Below, one piece after another: positions 61,942-64,000 of a DNA stretch of 64,000 bases (its first letter is position 1; every line of letters starts with the position of its first letter). The position numbers and the translations under genes are program-made. The DNA lies in the NCBI GenBank assembly GCA_937910285.1, contig CALEOC010000253.1:90817-154816 (forward strand). The letters run 5' to 3'. This DNA comes from an uncultured Myxococcales bacterium (lineage in GTDB: Bacteria > Myxococcota > Myxococcia > Myxococcales > UBA5297). The notes under the pieces are model-generated. The model saw only the letters and a list, made by a program, of their open reading frames with translations, ran no database searches and was not told where the DNA came from.

Positions 61942-63341
61942 TGGCGAGAGGACGGGGCAAGAAGGCGCGCTCGCTCGGGACGCTCGCCGCGGCGGTCGCC
62001 ACTTCGCGCCCGTTGCTGAAGGCCCTCGACCACGGCGAGCCGATAGCGGTCGAGGGGCGCGACGTCGGCGCGAGCGGCGATCGGTGGGTCGAGCCGTTTC
62101 TGATCGCCAATCAGGCCGGGCTGCGCCGCCTCGAGCTGCGCCCCGAGGTCCGCGCCGACCCGACGCTGCGAGTCCTGCTTCGGCCGGGCTCGCGTATCGG
62201 CGCGATACCTCTGCTCAGCCCCGCGACCCGAAGGGTGTCGGCCGGTCTGCTCATCGAGCCGCGCTTTCGGTGGGCCGCGCTCGGCGCCGTCTTCGACGCC
62301 ATCGGCTTCTCGGTCGAGCCTGTCCTCGGTGGCGCGGCGTTGGTGCCCGGGTCGGCGCGCGAGGTGCCTCCCTGGATGCTGGCGGCGCCGGTCATCGAGC
62401 GCATCGCGTCGCTGCTGCGGCATCGGCGACGAGGCTTCGTCGAGAGGAGCGAGAAGCGGACCAGCCCGCGGGGCCGCGTCGACTGGACCGGCTGGGCCTG
62501 CTCGCACATTCCGCGGGGCGCATGGACGACCTTCCCTTGCCACTTCACCGAGCCTGACGACGACCCCGACCTGCTCGCCTCGATTCGTTGGACGCTGTCT
62601 CGCCTGGAAGAGGAGCTCTCGACCGTAGCGTGGTCGCTGCCGGCCAGACACCTGTTGCGGCGCGCGGCCGAGATGATGAGCGCGCTCGGCCCGGGAATCG
62701 CGCGCCGGCCCTCTGCCTCGCCCATGCTAGGCGGCGGCTCGGAGTTCGTCGCGGCTGCCCTCGAGGCGATGGGATGGGTGAGCGAGGAGCGCGGGCTCGG
62801 TGGGGCTCGAAGCCTCGACGGGCTCGCCTGGGATCTCTCCATCGATGCGGTCTGGGAGGCATGGGTCGCCAGCTTCTCCTCGCTGCTCGCGCGGTCTCTC
62901 GGAATGGTCGCGAGTCCGTTCCAGGGGGCAAGGCGGTCACTGAGGTGGGAGGGCTCGGCCCAGTCGATGGGCGCGCTGGTCCCCGACGTCGAGCTTCGAG
63001 CGGCGGACCGCGTCGTTTGGCTGGATGCCAAGTACAAGGCACACCTCGCACTGCTCGCACGCCGTGGATGGAGCGGTCTCTCGGAGGAGCTTCGCGCAGA
63101 GCACCGCGCCGATCTGCACCAAGCGCTGGCTTATGCGGCGCTCGCCGATGCGCCGCAGGTCGACTCGGTCCTCGTCTACCCGCAGCTCGGGCAAGACGAT
63201 CGCTCGCCAGCGACCGTGGCCACCGTCACCTCCGGCCGACGACGCGTGCGCTTGATCCTTGCCGCTGTCCCCTTCGGCTACCGCGGCCCCGAGCACCAGG
63301 AGCGGTCGCTCAAGTCCTTCCGCGAGTTGCTCGCTGCCTGA
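61941..63341 (+). CDS. mcrC: McrC-like nuclease subunit (PD-(D/E)xK)
   Basis: Its ATG overlaps the mcrB stop (TGATG). The nuclease core is PDVELRAADRVVWLDAKYK (D...D/E-x-K). Confidence 0.7.
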   Translation: MARGRGKKARSLGTLAAAVATSRPLLKALDHGEPIAVEGRDVGASGDRWVEPFLIANQAGLRRLELRPEVRADPTLRVLLRPGSRIGAIPLLSPATRRVSAGLLIEPRFRWAALGAVFDAIGFSVEPVLGGAALVPGSAREVPPWMLAAPVIERIASLLRHRRRGFVERSEKRTSPRGRVDWTGWACSHIPRGAWTTFPCHFTEPDDDPDLLASIRWTLSRLEEELSTVAWSLPARHLLRRAAEMMSALGPGIARRPSASPMLGGGSEFVAAALEAMGWVSEERGLGGARSLDGLAWDLSIDAVWEAWVASFSSLLARSLGMVASPFQGARRSLRWEGSAQSMGALVPDVELRAADRVVWLDAKYKAHLALLARRGWSGLSEELRAEHRADLHQALAYAALADAPQVDSVLVYPQLGQDDRSPATVATVTSGRRRVRLILAAVPFGYRGPEHQERSLKSFRELLAA

Positions 63342-63403
63342 AGGCCGCGCGGGCGGCGCGACTCGTCGGTCAGAGGCGGCGCTTGGCTCGCCGCCTGCTG
63401 CCC

Positions 63404-64000
63404 TCACCCCACCACCCCCTCGAACCCCGCCCGCGCCACTCGCTCCGCCGCGCCCGAGGGCGTCAGCGGCTTGATCCCTCGCTTGGAGAGCCGCGCAAAG
63501 CGCACGAGCAGCGTGACGCCGACCGCGGTCAGCCCGGCGCACAGCCCCCACCAGAGCCCGGTGATCCCTTTGCCGGCGAAGATCCCCAGGCCGATCGCGA
63601 TGGGCAGGCCGACCACGTAGTGGCCGAGCAGGTTGGTGACGAACGCGAAGCGGGTATCGCCCGCCCCGCGCAGCACCCCCGAGCCGACCGCCTGCAGGCC
63701 GTCGGAGATCTGGAAGAAGGCGGCCACGATCACCAGCGGCGTGGCCGCGGCGAGCACTTCGGGCCGGTCGCTCATCACCGCGGCGAGCGTCTCGGGGAAG
63801 AGGAAGAAGACCAGCGCCGAGCAGGCCATGAAGCCTCCGCCCGCGGCGAAGGCGGTCAGCCCGGCCCGCCGGGTCCCAGCGGTGTCGCCGGCGCCTATCG
63901 CCTGGCCGACCCGCACCGAGCCGGCGGCGCTCACCCCGAGGGCGACGGTGAACGAGAAGCCCGCGAGCGTCAGGGCGACCTGGTGCGCGGCGAGCGAGCC
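63404..64000 (-). CDS. MATE-family efflux transporter, C-terminal part (N-terminus beyond window end)
   Basis: The TM helices carry MATE C-lobe motifs (QISDGLQAVGSGVLRGAGDTRFAFVTNLLGHYVVGLPIAIGLGI). The reading frame is open to position 64000. Confidence 0.7.
   Translation of the reverse strand, partial: GSLAAHQVALTLAGFSFTVALGVSAAGSVRVGQAIGAGDTAGTRRAGLTAFAAGGGFMACSALVFFLFPETLAAVMSDRPEVLAAATPLVIVAAFFQISDGLQAVGSGVLRGAGDTRFAFVTNLLGHYVVGLPIAIGLGIFAGKGITGLWWGLCAGLTAVGVTLLVRFARLSKRGIKPLTPSGAAERVARAGFEGVVG

Overview
This is a ~70% GC chromosomal segment, most likely from a myxobacterium (Myxococcota). The evidence is the TIGR02232-like Cys-rich repeat proteins, PilT, FHA/TPR/BamD, the tonB-exbBD and tatBC operons, many lipoproteins and arginine-rich spurious antisense ORFs. 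I can support about 45 protein-coding genes.

- **Housekeeping genes:** pyruvate:ferredoxin oxidoreductase, a standalone ATP-dependent DNA ligase, an Fe-type alcohol dehydrogenase, PRPP synthetase and nicotinate phosphoribosyltransferase, a class III adenylate cyclase, ExbB-ExbD-TonB, an ABC-F ATPase, a PAS/GAF histidine kinase, PilT, TatB/TatC and a flotillin-like protein.
- **Accessory content:** a VapBC-like toxin-antitoxin pair, a McrBC-like type IV restriction module (60.5-63.3 kb) behind a PolB-type exonuclease, and two decayed gene fragments at 14.7-15.6 kb.
- **Repetitive DNA:** an unusually rich set of non-coding repeats.
  - A ~320-bp block of tandem 21-bp repeats arranged as two mutually inverted arrays (17.88-18.20 kb).
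  - A 42-bp tandem hairpin array just upstream of mcrB.
  - A dispersed REP-like double-hairpin element in at least three copies, at 3.4 kb and twice at 28.7-28.9 kb.
  - A conserved ~85-nt motif at 2.15 kb and 9.05 kb.
  - Paired ~80-bp direct repeats inside a 1-kb non-coding gap at 7.0-7.5 kb.
  - A degenerate TTCGGAAG-containing tandem array at 15.85-16.1 kb.
  - A (CT)10 microsatellite.
- **Rejected ORFs:** many long ORFs on the opposite strand of real genes are GC-driven artefacts and were not called.

Start codons are approximate to within a few codons, and all family assignments rest on motif recognition by eye.
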